This document shows positions 1 through 8,296 of a stretch of 64,000 bases of DNA, in pieces. The DNA comes from Gammaproteobacteria bacterium (GTDB taxonomy: Bacteria; Pseudomonadota; Gammaproteobacteria; Eutrophobiales; Eutrophobiaceae): NCBI GenBank assembly GCA_965221695.1, contig OZ244905.1, positions 1,504,001 through 1,568,000 on the forward strand, given 5' to 3'. The position numbers and the translations under genes were made by a program. A model generated the notes under the pieces. The model was not told the origin of the DNA. It worked only from the letters and a program-made list of their open reading frames with translations, and searched no databases. How positions within the stretch are numbered: the first letter of the stretch is position 1; each line of letters begins with the position of its first letter.

Positions 1-1134
1 GCCGCGCAACGCACCGTCCTTGACGAATTGGTCGATATCGACCGCACCGAGCGGGAAGTGGTGACGGGAATGCACCGAGACTGGGGCTATGCGGCTTACT
101 ACACCTTTCACCTGACCTACGATCCGCCGTCGGATTTTGCGTTTGCTGCGCTCGGCCAGCGCGACACCTCGCCCTGGAAACATCGCATCCGCGCCCTTGC
201 CCTGGAAGGACAGATTTACGAAACCGACGCAGACAATCCCGACTTTGCGTTGATTGGCCGACTCGACTTCGCGTTTGTTGCGAGCATACTTGCTCCGTTA
301 TTGCTGATCCTCCTACTGCATGACTTGCGTTCCAGAGAACGCGCTGCGGGACGCTATGAACTGCTCAGCGCAACGGCAGCGAGCGCGGGCAGCCCCTGGC
401 TCGCGCGTGCGGGTTGGCGGGTTGGCGCACTGACGTTGTGCCTGCTTGTTCCACTCTGGGCAGGCGGTCTGTTGGCCGGAACGGACGCTTCAAAGCTGGC
501 GCTAGCAAGCCTCCTGGTGGCCTTGCACATCGGCTTCTGGTGGGGTATTTGCGCGGCTATCGATCGTTTTGGCTGGAGCAGCCCGGTCAACCTGACCGCG
601 CTTATCGGCGTATGGCTGGCGCTTACCGTGGTCGTCCCCGCAGCCATCAAGAGTTCAGTGGAGGCCGCCGTGCCATTACCGGATGGCGGCGAGATCATGC
701 TGATTCAAAGGGAGGCAGTGAACGACGCGTGGGATTTGCCCAAGTCAGCGACCATGGGGCCCTTCATTGAGCGCCATCCGCAATGGGCGGACTACGCGGA
801 AATCAACCAGTCATTCGAATGGAAATGGTATTACGCTTTTCAACAAGTCGGCGACCAGACAGTCGAGCCCCTGTCGCTGGCCTATCGCGAAGGACGCATC
901 AGGCGAGACCGGCTTGCTGGAACGCTCGCCTGGCTGTCACCACCCGCACTGGTTGAGCGCACCCTGCAAGACATTGCGGACACGAGCATGACGGATTCAC
1001 TGGCCTATGAGCAACAGGTACGCGACTTCCATAACGCGCTGAGACACTACTACTACCCCAGGCTGTTTCGCGATGAAGTCGTCTCAGATGCAAGCCTCGC
1101 ACAGCGACCTGAATTTCGGGTAACGGGAAAATGA
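1..1134 (+). CDS. ABC-2-type permease, DUF3526 family (5' truncated by window edge)
   Basis: Frame is open from base 1. Multiple TM segments; 'RIRALALEGQIYE..NP...GRLDFAFV' and 'FEWKWYYAFQQVGD' are typical of DUF3526 permeases. Confidence 0.75.
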   Translation, partial: AAQRTVLDELVDIDRTEREVVTGMHRDWGYAAYYTFHLTYDPPSDFAFAALGQRDTSPWKHRIRALALEGQIYETDADNPDFALIGRLDFAFVASILAPLLLILLLHDLRSRERAAGRYELLSATAASAGSPWLARAGWRVGALTLCLLVPLWAGGLLAGTDASKLALASLLVALHIGFWWGICAAIDRFGWSSPVNLTALIGVWLALTVVVPAAIKSSVEAAVPLPDGGEIMLIQREAVNDAWDLPKSATMGPFIERHPQWADYAEINQSFEWKWYYAFQQVGDQTVEPLSLAYREGRIRRDRLAGTLAWLSPPALVERTLQDIADTSMTDSLAYEQQVRDFHNALRHYYYPRLFRDEVVSDASLAQRPEFRVTGK

Positions 1135-1319
1135 ACACATAGCAAGTGTACGGTGAAACCGATCACATAATAAACGACACATCTTCCTCTTAGGTTTAAT
1201 TTCGTGTTTGACAAATCCATTTAAAGAATGGTTAATAGAGTTCAGGCAAAAAGGTAAATATGATCCATCCGATTCACAAAATTTCACATTTCTGATTCCA
1301 TCACCTCCAATCTGTTAAT

Positions 1320-2072
1320 GTGAACTGGCTTATGTACCGGCAACTGGACAGACTCAAACAAAAACTTGATGCGCATCGGCCTTTATCATCTGCTGTGATA
1401 AAGAACCTGCGTGAGGACCTGGTATTGCGTTGGACTTACCACTCCAATGCAATCGAAGGCAATACGCTTACGTTGAAAGAAACCAAAGTAGCATTGGAAG
1501 GCATCACAGTTGGCGGTAAAACCATGCGGGAACACCTCGAGGCGATTAACCACAGGGAAGCGATTTATTTCATCGAGGAATTGGCGCTTCAAAAAAATCC
1601 ACTTACGCAGCGAGACATAAAAAATATTCACCAGTTGATCCTGAAAGGTATTGACGACCGTAATGCCGGCGCCTACCGAAACACCAATGTCATTATCGCC
1701 GGCGCCGACCATACGCCGCCTAATTTTTTGCACGTGATAAGCGAAATGGACCAACTGGCAAGCTGGCATCAAAACGAAGCGCAAAGACTACACCCGGTGG
1801 AAAGAGCAGGCCGCTTGCATGCTGACTTTGTCAGAATTCATCCTTTCATTGATGGCAATGGCAGGACAGCCCGGCTATTGATGAATCTTGAATTGATGCA
1901 AGCAGGCTTTCCTGCTGCAGTTCTGCCTGTAGAAAAACGCTTGGACTATTACGAAACATTGGACGCAGCACATATTCAAAACGACTACCAGCCATTCTTA
2001 TCCTTGATAATTGAAATAGTCGAACTGGGTTTTCAGCCCTACTGGCATGTTTTAAATATTAAGCAGGATTAA
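1320..2072 (+). CDS. Fic-domain protein (class II, N-terminal inhibitory helix)
   Basis: Canonical HPFIDGNGRTAR motif; N-terminal SNAIEGN auto-inhibitory motif. Confidence 0.93.
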   Translation: MNWLMYRQLDRLKQKLDAHRPLSSAVIKNLREDLVLRWTYHSNAIEGNTLTLKETKVALEGITVGGKTMREHLEAINHREAIYFIEELALQKNPLTQRDIKNIHQLILKGIDDRNAGAYRNTNVIIAGADHTPPNFLHVISEMDQLASWHQNEAQRLHPVERAGRLHADFVRIHPFIDGNGRTARLLMNLELMQAGFPAAVLPVEKRLDYYETLDAAHIQNDYQPFLSLIIEIVELGFQPYWHVLNIKQD

Positions 2073-2131
2073 GTTAAAACTTCAGATGCTTCACCTTATC
2101 GACTAATCAAAACAACAAGTTACGTGATAGC

Positions 2132-2154
2132 TTCGAATCCGGCCATCCGCACTA
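2132..2154 (+). mobile_element. att-like scar: isolated 3' end of a tRNA (Leu-like)
   Basis: TTCGAATCCGGCCATCCGCACTA reads as T-loop + 3' T-stem + acceptor 3' strand + ACCA-like end. No tRNA 5' half upstream. Confidence 0.6.
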
Positions 2155-2171
2155 ATTTTTACCTTTTTTAT

Positions 2172-2459
2172 TCATTTCAAATCTACGAACACGTTCGGAT
2201 GCTGCTCGGCAATTCGTAGAAGAGCAATAGCCGGGCCCTGCGGCTGTGGCCTTCCTTGTTCCCAGTCCTGCAGGGTACGCAGACTTACCCCAATCATGTC
2301 GGCAAACGCCGATTGTGACAGTTCTAACTTAAAGCGAATGGCTTTTGGTTCTGACGGTGCAGAAAGCCTGGTCGTCTTAAGTTTTACCTTGCCCTTCTTA
2401 TACTCCTGAATTTCTTTAAGGCCCGCGAGTATTTCAGCCCCGATATCACGATTTGTCAT
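2172..2459 (-). CDS. HigA-type HTH (Xre/Cro) antitoxin
   Basis: 95 aa; 'IRFKLELSQSAFADMIGVSLRTLQDWEQGR' HTH; overlaps the end of a HigB-like pseudogene. Confidence 0.88.
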   Translation of the reverse strand: MTNRDIGAEILAGLKEIQEYKKGKVKLKTTRLSAPSEPKAIRFKLELSQSAFADMIGVSLRTLQDWEQGRPQPQGPAIALLRIAEQHPNVFVDLK

Positions 2460-2685
2460 GTTTAATGGCCTCCGCTATTTTTTTGAGTCTATGGCCGGGG
2501 ATCGTTGAGCGTTCCGATTTGTCATAGAGCGCCAACATCCATATTTCATGTTCAGACGGTTTCCAGTATTAAATCACTCGAACACCGCCACTTTTACCAC
2601 GGCCACTTTGCGCACTGCGTACTTTCCTCACACCACCGGAACCACGGATAAGGTTGCCGGCATCTGGTTTCATCATCAGATAGGA
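2446..2685 (-). pseudogene. HigB/RelE-family toxin pseudogene
   Basis: Manual translation: ...KPDAGNLIRGSGGVRKVRSAQSGRGKSGGVRVI*YWKPSEHEIWMLALYDKSERSTIPGHRLKKIAEAIKHDKS*. In-frame TAA at 2569-2571; N-terminus missing. Clearly similar to the intact toxin at 10024. Confidence 0.85.
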
Positions 2686-3104
2686 TTACTCGGGTGTGCT
2701 GCCAGGAGGCGAAGATATCGATCATACGCGTGTGTCTGGATAGTCAGGCCATTCTCCCAGCGGTTCAAGGAAGCTACACCGATACCTGTTACTTGAGCAA
2801 ATTCCTCCTGAGTCATACCGAATCCTTTTCTGATGTGACGTATATCGTCAGGCGACAGGACGCTAAGATGCCGGCATACCGCTTCGTGTTGTAATCGTTC
2901 GCCTTCATCATCAAGATATACGAAGTCGCAGTCTTTGCATCGGCGAACAGGTACATTCACTGTCAGTTCCACCATGGATTCACCGGACCCATAGTTGAAT
3001 GCGTGGGAGTTCCATGATGTAGTTATGCTCGCGTTGCCACACAGTGCGCATGTGAGTTCCTGCTTTGCTGTAACCAGCCCAGTTGCTGATGGTTTTGGAT
3101 TCAT
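2676..3104 (-). CDS. MqsA/YgiT-type zinc-finger + HTH antitoxin
   Basis: CALC...CKDC zinc ribbon plus 'IRKGFGMTQEEFAQVTGIGVASLNRWENG' HTH. Probable ATG at 3104, just after the toxin-remnant stop. Confidence 0.85.
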   Translation of the reverse strand: MNPKPSATGLVTAKQELTCALCGNASITTSWNSHAFNYGSGESMVELTVNVPVRRCKDCDFVYLDDEGERLQHEAVCRHLSVLSPDDIRHIRKGFGMTQEEFAQVTGIGVASLNRWENGLTIQTHAYDRYLRLLAAHPSNPI

Positions 3105-3105
3105 T

Positions 3106-3185
3106 TTAGTTATCTCGTTCAGAGTAGTGAAAACTGCGCCCAATGATCTTCCCGGACCCAAGTTGGAGCTTGATTCTAATCACAT
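3106..3185 (-). pseudogene. C-terminal remnant of an MqsR-like toxin
   Basis: Translates ...VIRIKLQLGSGKIIGRSFHYSERDN*, with the IKL...SFH end typical of MqsR-like toxins. Directly upstream of the MqsA-like gene; N-terminal part absent. Confidence 0.6.
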
Positions 3186-3204
3186 GGTAACAATTATCAG
3201 TTAA

Positions 3205-3425
3205 TTCTTGGCTCTATTAAAGTGATCATGGAGTGGCTCTATAGAGGTGCAAACTGACGTTGACTCGGGTTATTCCACTCTCGATAAAACAGCCGAGAAT
3301 AATCGTTTAGTCACACGCTGGAATTTATGGGTGCCCGAAAAAACGCAATTATGAAACTTACCGATTTTCAGGAGATTTGGACTTCACACTTCGGGATCAA
3401 AGTTACGTTGATGAGGCATTACGGA
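3205..3425 (+). pseudogene. Collapsed AbiEi-AbiEii (type IV TA / abortive infection) relic
   Basis: Frameshifted pieces: RCKLTLT/SGYSTLDKTAENNRLVTRWNLWVPE (AbiEi-like C-terminus) joined to YETYRFSGDLDFTLRDQSYVDEAL (AbiEii RFSxDLD motif). Confidence 0.65.
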
Positions 3426-3473
3426 ATTCTAACAATATTGTATCCTGCTTAACCCAAGCATAAGCACAGAATA

Positions 3474-4754
3474 TTAGCTCTCGTCACTTTCTAACATATC
3501 AATGGCGATGGCTGTGCAGGTGTCGACTATGGCATCCAATACTATGTGGAGCTTCGCGGAATCATACGGGTTGTCTCGTCCTTTTTGATTTAAGAAGGCT
3601 TTCGTGAATTTCTCTTTATGCTGCAAAATGCCCTGATAATGACCAACTTCCTCAATGTGATTCTTCCATTGCACGAGGGGTTGTAGACCTTCTACGTTAA
3701 GATCGAGATAGCACTCGATAGCAGCAGCCCGTCCATTTATATCGGCCAACTGCTTACCATTGGGTCCTGTCGTCGGGAAAGATTTAAATGCTTTAAGATC
3801 GGGTAACTTCATTGCCCGCATATTCATAGGTAGTGCCATGTGATTCAATTTCCGAACCGCTCTGCTTCCCTCCGCGTCATTATCAAGAAGGAAAACTGTC
3901 CGATTTTGTATATCAATGCTTTTTAGACCTTTGGCGAAATTGACTAAATTACCGGTACCGGAGAACGGATGTCCTTTGTTAAAATCGATAAATTGAAAGA
4001 AGTCTGCAATCTCAGGTCGAAGGAATTTGAAGGCTTTCTCCAAAATATGACTGTCGGAACTACCTTCGGTCGCAATCGAATATCTTTGCCTGCGGCGAGC
4101 CCCTGGACGGAATGCACTTTCTTCAGCCCACCCCGCGTAGACCATGGGGCCATATTGCCAGTCCAGATTCAGGTCTAAGTTTGTAGGATTTTCGGCAAGA
4201 AGCCGCAGCAGAGTATAGGGTTGAAGAAAGTCGACAAGGCTTGCGAAGTAGCTCTTCTCTGAGTGCATCGAATTGTCGTAATAATTACAACTAGGAATAC
4301 GTGAATTCAGCAACTCATCAGTAAAACGTCCTTTGATACGGGTCTCATTATCCTTGGACCAACTTAGGTATGAATCATCCAGATCTTTGATATTGACCGT
4401 ATTCACAAAGCTGAGGAATTCTTCAAATGACATGACTTCGAACCGTAACTTGTCGTAGGATTTAGCTAACTCGCTACGGTACAATTTGGCCATCTGTGTA
4501 TATTCGGCTTCAGCCGTTGCCAAATTGTGGCCTAGCAACTCGAGTCGCGGCAGGACAGTGCTGAGGGGACGGCGAAATCCTAATTCCGGTTCCCCTAGAA
4601 GCGGGCTATCATCTTGATCATCATAGTAATACTGGCCGGACTGAAACTTTTTTCGATCACTAGACTGGAAGAGAAATCCATGATCTGCGCCGCGGTGGTT
4701 CTTTGCATATGTGATCGACATCCCCCCGATTTCAAGACAAATCTCTGTTCCCAT
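3474..4754 (-). CDS. HEPN/Toprim-associated N-terminal domain + OLD-like Toprim protein (putative defence nuclease)
   Basis: N-terminus MGT..LEIGG..I.Y.KN....DH..LFQ..D resembles HEPN_Toprim_N. C-terminal Toprim signatures IATEGSSD and LLDNDAEG. Confidence 0.7.
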   Translation of the reverse strand: MGTEICLEIGGMSITYAKNHRGADHGFLFQSSDRKKFQSGQYYYDDQDDSPLLGEPELGFRRPLSTVLPRLELLGHNLATAEAEYTQMAKLYRSELAKSYDKLRFEVMSFEEFLSFVNTVNIKDLDDSYLSWSKDNETRIKGRFTDELLNSRIPSCNYYDNSMHSEKSYFASLVDFLQPYTLLRLLAENPTNLDLNLDWQYGPMVYAGWAEESAFRPGARRRQRYSIATEGSSDSHILEKAFKFLRPEIADFFQFIDFNKGHPFSGTGNLVNFAKGLKSIDIQNRTVFLLDNDAEGSRAVRKLNHMALPMNMRAMKLPDLKAFKSFPTTGPNGKQLADINGRAAAIECYLDLNVEGLQPLVQWKNHIEEVGHYQGILQHKEKFTKAFLNQKGRDNPYDSAKLHIVLDAIVDTCTAIAIDMLESDES

Positions 4755-4942
4755 TTCTCATAACCTATTCATGTTCTCTCTAATTTATCCCTTCTCCATA
4801 AATTGAGATGCCTGTGGGTAAGGGATTTTCCAAAATTACTTGTCCCTGATTTGTTCGCACTTAGCAATTCGTCTACAGGCTGCTCGTTATTTTTGTGACA
4901 CGCATATTCTCCATTCTAACCTAGAGGCTCATCATCCATTCT

Positions 4943-6430
4943 CTAATCTGCCTTCAACCCAGCCAGCACCTCCCGGAAACTGTTAAGTCCGGCTTCAAGG
5001 TTTTCAATGATCTCCTCGGCTAGGTCGTCGGGTTCGGGAAGGTTGTCAAGGTCGGTCAGGCTTTTGTCTTTGAGCCAGAAGATGTCGAGGCTGGTTTTGT
5101 CGCGCGCTTTGATCTTCTCAAGGCTGTAGCTGCGCCAGCGGCCGTCCGGTGCGTCGTTTTCGTGCCAGGTTGCCTTGCGCTCATGCCGGTTCTGTGGGTT
5201 GTAGCACTGGATGAAGTCTGCCAGATCTTCGAATCGCATTGGCTTCTTCTTCAGTGTGTGGTGAATATTGGTGCGGTAATCGTAGTACCAGACTTGTTTG
5301 GTCCAGGGTTCCGGGCTGGCCTCGCGGTTATCGAAGAAAATCACATTAGCCTTCACGCCTTGCGCGTAGAACACACCGGTGGGTAGGCGCAGGATAGTAT
5401 GCAGGTCAGTGTTTTCCAGTAACTTCTGACGAATTGTCTCACCCGCTCCGCCCTCGAACAGTACGTTATCCGGCACAACAATGGCGGCGCGTCCGCTGGT
5501 CTTGAGCATGGTGCGGATGTGCTGCACGAAGTTGAGTTGCTTGTTCGAGGTGCTGGCCCAGAAATCCTGGCGGTTGTAGGTCAGTTGGTCCCGGTCCTGT
5601 TCGCTCTCCTCGTTGGTGAAGGTCATCGAACTTTTCTTGCCGAACGGCGGATTTGCGAGCACATAGTCGAAACGTTTGCCGTTATCGGCCACCAACGAAT
5701 CGTTTGGCGAGACTGGCGCGCCACCGTCGATCTCACCGATGTTGTGCAGGAACATGTTCATCAAACACAGGCGACGCGTGTTGGCAACAATCTCGTTGCC
5801 GTGAAACGCATCGTGCTTCAGAAACGCTTTCTGCGCCTTGTCCAGCATAAAGTTATCCGGGTTGGTCATGAAGTCGTAGGCTGCCAGAAAGAACCCACCT
5901 GTGCCGCAGGCTGGGTCCGCTATCAGTTTGCCGGGTTCGGGCCGCACGCATTCAACCATCGCGCGGATGAGGGCACGCGGTGTGAAATACTGGCCGGCTC
6001 CGGATTTTGTGTCTTCTGCGTTCTTCTCCAACAGCCCTTCGTAGATGTCCCCTTTGATGTCGGCACCCATGGTGACCCACTCGGTGTCGTCAACCATGTC
6101 GATAAGACGGTAGAGTTTCGCCGGGTCTTGAATCTTGTTCTGCGCCTTGGTGAAAATCTGCCCCAGCATACCCGGCCTGGCGCCGAGTTCCCTCAGCAAT
6201 GTGGCATAGTGGCGCTCCAGTTCCGCCCCGTTCCTGGATGTAAGGCTGTGCCAGGCATACTCATCCGGGATGCCGACATCGCGCTGATAGGGCGGTTTGC
6301 CGTACTCATCCGCCATCTTGAGAAAGATCAGATAGGTGAGTTGCTCCAGGTAATCGCCATAGCCCACGCCGTCATCACGCAGGGTGTTGCAGAAGCTCCA
6401 GACTTTGGAGACGATGGGGGCGGCGCTCAT
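4943..6430 (-). CDS. hsdM: Type I restriction-modification methyltransferase subunit M
   Basis: GQYFTPR, DPACGTGGF (SAM binding), NPPF (catalytic); HsdM N-terminal 'LRDDGVGYGDYLEQLTYL'. Confidence 0.96.
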   Translation of the reverse strand: MSAAPIVSKVWSFCNTLRDDGVGYGDYLEQLTYLIFLKMADEYGKPPYQRDVGIPDEYAWHSLTSRNGAELERHYATLLRELGARPGMLGQIFTKAQNKIQDPAKLYRLIDMVDDTEWVTMGADIKGDIYEGLLEKNAEDTKSGAGQYFTPRALIRAMVECVRPEPGKLIADPACGTGGFFLAAYDFMTNPDNFMLDKAQKAFLKHDAFHGNEIVANTRRLCLMNMFLHNIGEIDGGAPVSPNDSLVADNGKRFDYVLANPPFGKKSSMTFTNEESEQDRDQLTYNRQDFWASTSNKQLNFVQHIRTMLKTSGRAAIVVPDNVLFEGGAGETIRQKLLENTDLHTILRLPTGVFYAQGVKANVIFFDNREASPEPWTKQVWYYDYRTNIHHTLKKKPMRFEDLADFIQCYNPQNRHERKATWHENDAPDGRWRSYSLEKIKARDKTSLDIFWLKDKSLTDLDNLPEPDDLAEEIIENLEAGLNSFREVLAGLKAD

Positions 6431-7125
6431 ACAGGGAAGCCCTTTGCCTCAATCTGCCGAACTAAGGCATTGCCAGCCTCAGTGCGTCGGTAGCACTGGT
6501 TCTGACTTCTGGGTTTGTCGGGTACGGCCATTTCGATCAGACCGGCATCAAGGGCTGGGCGTAGATATATAGTCCTGAAGTGCTTCCGGTCTTTCAGTTC
6601 CAGTTTTTCCTGCAATTGCCCGCGACTCATGGATTCTGAAAGTGCTGTCACCAGTCTTAAGACATGTCTAGTCACTTGGGGGGTCACTTGGGGGGTCTTT
6701 TGTATATAGGCCTGTTTTATCAGAGACTTATCTTGTTCGGCCACGTGTCCTGTTACTTGTTCGGTATCTTGTAGGGCGACTTGAGGGGTCACTTGGGGTG
6801 TCACTTGTTCGGTCGCGGGCTGTAAAGCCTGCTGATGTACCGGTAGGCACACCCGGAACCAGGTGCGTTCATCGTCGCTCTCGAAGATCGGAGCCGGGGA
6901 GCCGTTCTCCTCGCTCAGAATCACCGGCAACGGACCGCGGACCTCTTTCTCCTTGAACTGTTCTCTGCCTAGCCTATTGGGGAACCACACCACATCGATT
7001 TGCCTCGTCAGTAAGAATTTGTGTAGTTGGTCGTTGAAAAATAACAACACGACATTCTTCGGGAACAGGGCTTCGGGCGGCCTGCCAACGATGTCTAGGT
7101 TCCGGTCGATAAGCGTATCCGTCAT
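6427..7125 (-). pseudogene. C-terminal fragment of an AlbA_2(Schlafen)/HATPase_c_4/wHTH protein, internally deleted
   Basis: 'PKNVVLLFF..QIDVVWFP..EK...GPL' jumps directly to 'NGSPAPIFESDDERTWF', then QVT-repeat linker and Fic-type C-terminal wHTH 'YLRPALDAGLIEM..PDKPRS.NQ.Y'. The ORF is open and may still be translated. Confidence 0.7.
6671..6815 (-). repeat. Intragenic 12-bp tandem repeats encoding (T-P/E-Q-V)n linker
   Basis: GTCACTTGGGGG-type units at about 6671-6697 and 6750-6815; protein TEQVTPQVTPQV...TPQVTPQVT. Confidence 0.85.
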
Positions 7126-8096
7126 CGTAGCTCCTCTGGCAGTTCGATACCATTCTTGACGAAAAATTCCTTGATTATGTCGTCACCCGATGCCACGCTA
7201 AAGCTGTGAATTTGAACCCCTCCTCCACTGCTCAAGGCGTTAACAGCGTCAAAGAAATTATTCTCATTCAGCCAGTCATACCTCTTGCTAGCCAAGCTTT
7301 CCCAAGTCTTCGTCAATGACCACTCTATCAACTCAGGCTCGGCCGACTGCTCCTCGCCACCGACCAGAATTGGGCCTGGAGCGACATAGCGCCCGTTTTG
7401 TTCCTTTACCTGTGCGCCCCACAAAGATATGATTTTTGTGGACAGGGAATCAGTCGCTTTACCACCAGGCGGCGGATGTATCCCAGACCTGTGTGAAGCC
7501 ACCTTGTTTCTCCATGCCCGCAATGGCTTTGCTTCGGGTATTGATTTAGTGTACTCCCGCGCACGAGATTTAATTTTCTCCATACCATCTTTGCAGAAAG
7601 CAAAATCCTCATAGTTTCCCTCACGCGCCAAAGTATCCAGCAAGCTGACGCCTTCCATGAGATTCAGCATACTCACGCTGAACCAGTCGAACTTGACAGC
7701 TAGATGCGCATAGATGCTATTGACATCGAAATCATGACAGCTATTAGGGTCGCTCGGCAACTTACATTCGAGATTCCTTACTTCTTGATATAGGGAATGA
7801 AGACCGGTACGCAAAACCGCTACATTGCGAACAAAGTTACTGGAATTTTTAAAGTGAGCAATCTTTCCCGGCGGCCAATCCGCCTTGTCCAGTACGACAA
7901 ATCCAAGTTTACTTAGGGCGGCCTCTAATGCCTCTTCTCTCGTTCGTGCCTTCGCGATCACTTCTTTATTCTTCTCCTGTTCAATATAAACAATCCATTC
8001 TATAGGTTCGTCTTCCGAGGGAATCGGTTCCCAACGAAGAATTGTGTCTGCTGTGTGCATGATGTGTTTTAATTCAATGAACTTTGCAACAATCAA
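7122..8096 (-). CDS. Hypothetical protein with HEPN-like RxxxxxH motif (putative RNase effector)
   Basis: 324-aa AT-richer ORF, mostly helical-looking core, '[11 protein letters not shown]'. Start is TTG 8096 or ATG 8060. Confidence 0.6.
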   Translation of the reverse strand: MIVAKFIELKHIMHTADTILRWEPIPSEDEPIEWIVYIEQEKNKEVIAKARTREEALEAALSKLGFVVLDKADWPPGKIAHFKNSSNFVRNVAVLRTGLHSLYQEVRNLECKLPSDPNSCHDFDVNSIYAHLAVKFDWFSVSMLNLMEGVSLLDTLAREGNYEDFAFCKDGMEKIKSRAREYTKSIPEAKPLRAWRNKVASHRSGIHPPPGGKATDSLSTKIISLWGAQVKEQNGRYVAPGPILVGGEEQSAEPELIEWSLTKTWESLASKRYDWLNENNFFDAVNALSSGGGVQIHSFSVASGDDIIKEFFVKNGIELPEELR

Positions 8097-8296
8097 GGCG
8101 CATGAACGAGAGTCGCCGAGTCTGCAACGCCCAACACGATGTAACCGCCGCCGAGGTTATGGAAATCGTTTGCGAAAGCGCAGATGGTGTGTAACACGCT
8201 GGCCGGATTCCAGCCTGCCTTGTACTCAATCCGCTCTCCCTCAATGCTGCGCTGGTGCAGTAGGTGGTCGATGTTGATGGGAAGTTCGTTGCTCAT
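8093..8296 (-). pseudogene. N-terminal fragment of AlbA_2 (Schlafen-like) domain protein
   Basis: '[38 protein letters not shown]' is the AlbA_2 core start; the ORF stops after 67 aa. Confidence 0.85.

Noticed and set aside
1135-1319. Short minus-strand ORF (1084-1287) or gene relic in the AT-rich gap
   Set aside because: No recognisable motif; overlaps the permease end.
2080-2160. Intact tRNA gene
   Set aside because: Only the T-loop-to-acceptor 3' part is present; upstream bases cannot form the 5' T-stem, anticodon or D arms.
4755-4942. Possible gene remnant between hsdM and the Toprim gene
   Set aside because: Short open stretches but nothing I can assign.
5519-6493. 324-aa plus-strand ORF
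   Set aside because: Antisense shadow of hsdM; no motifs.
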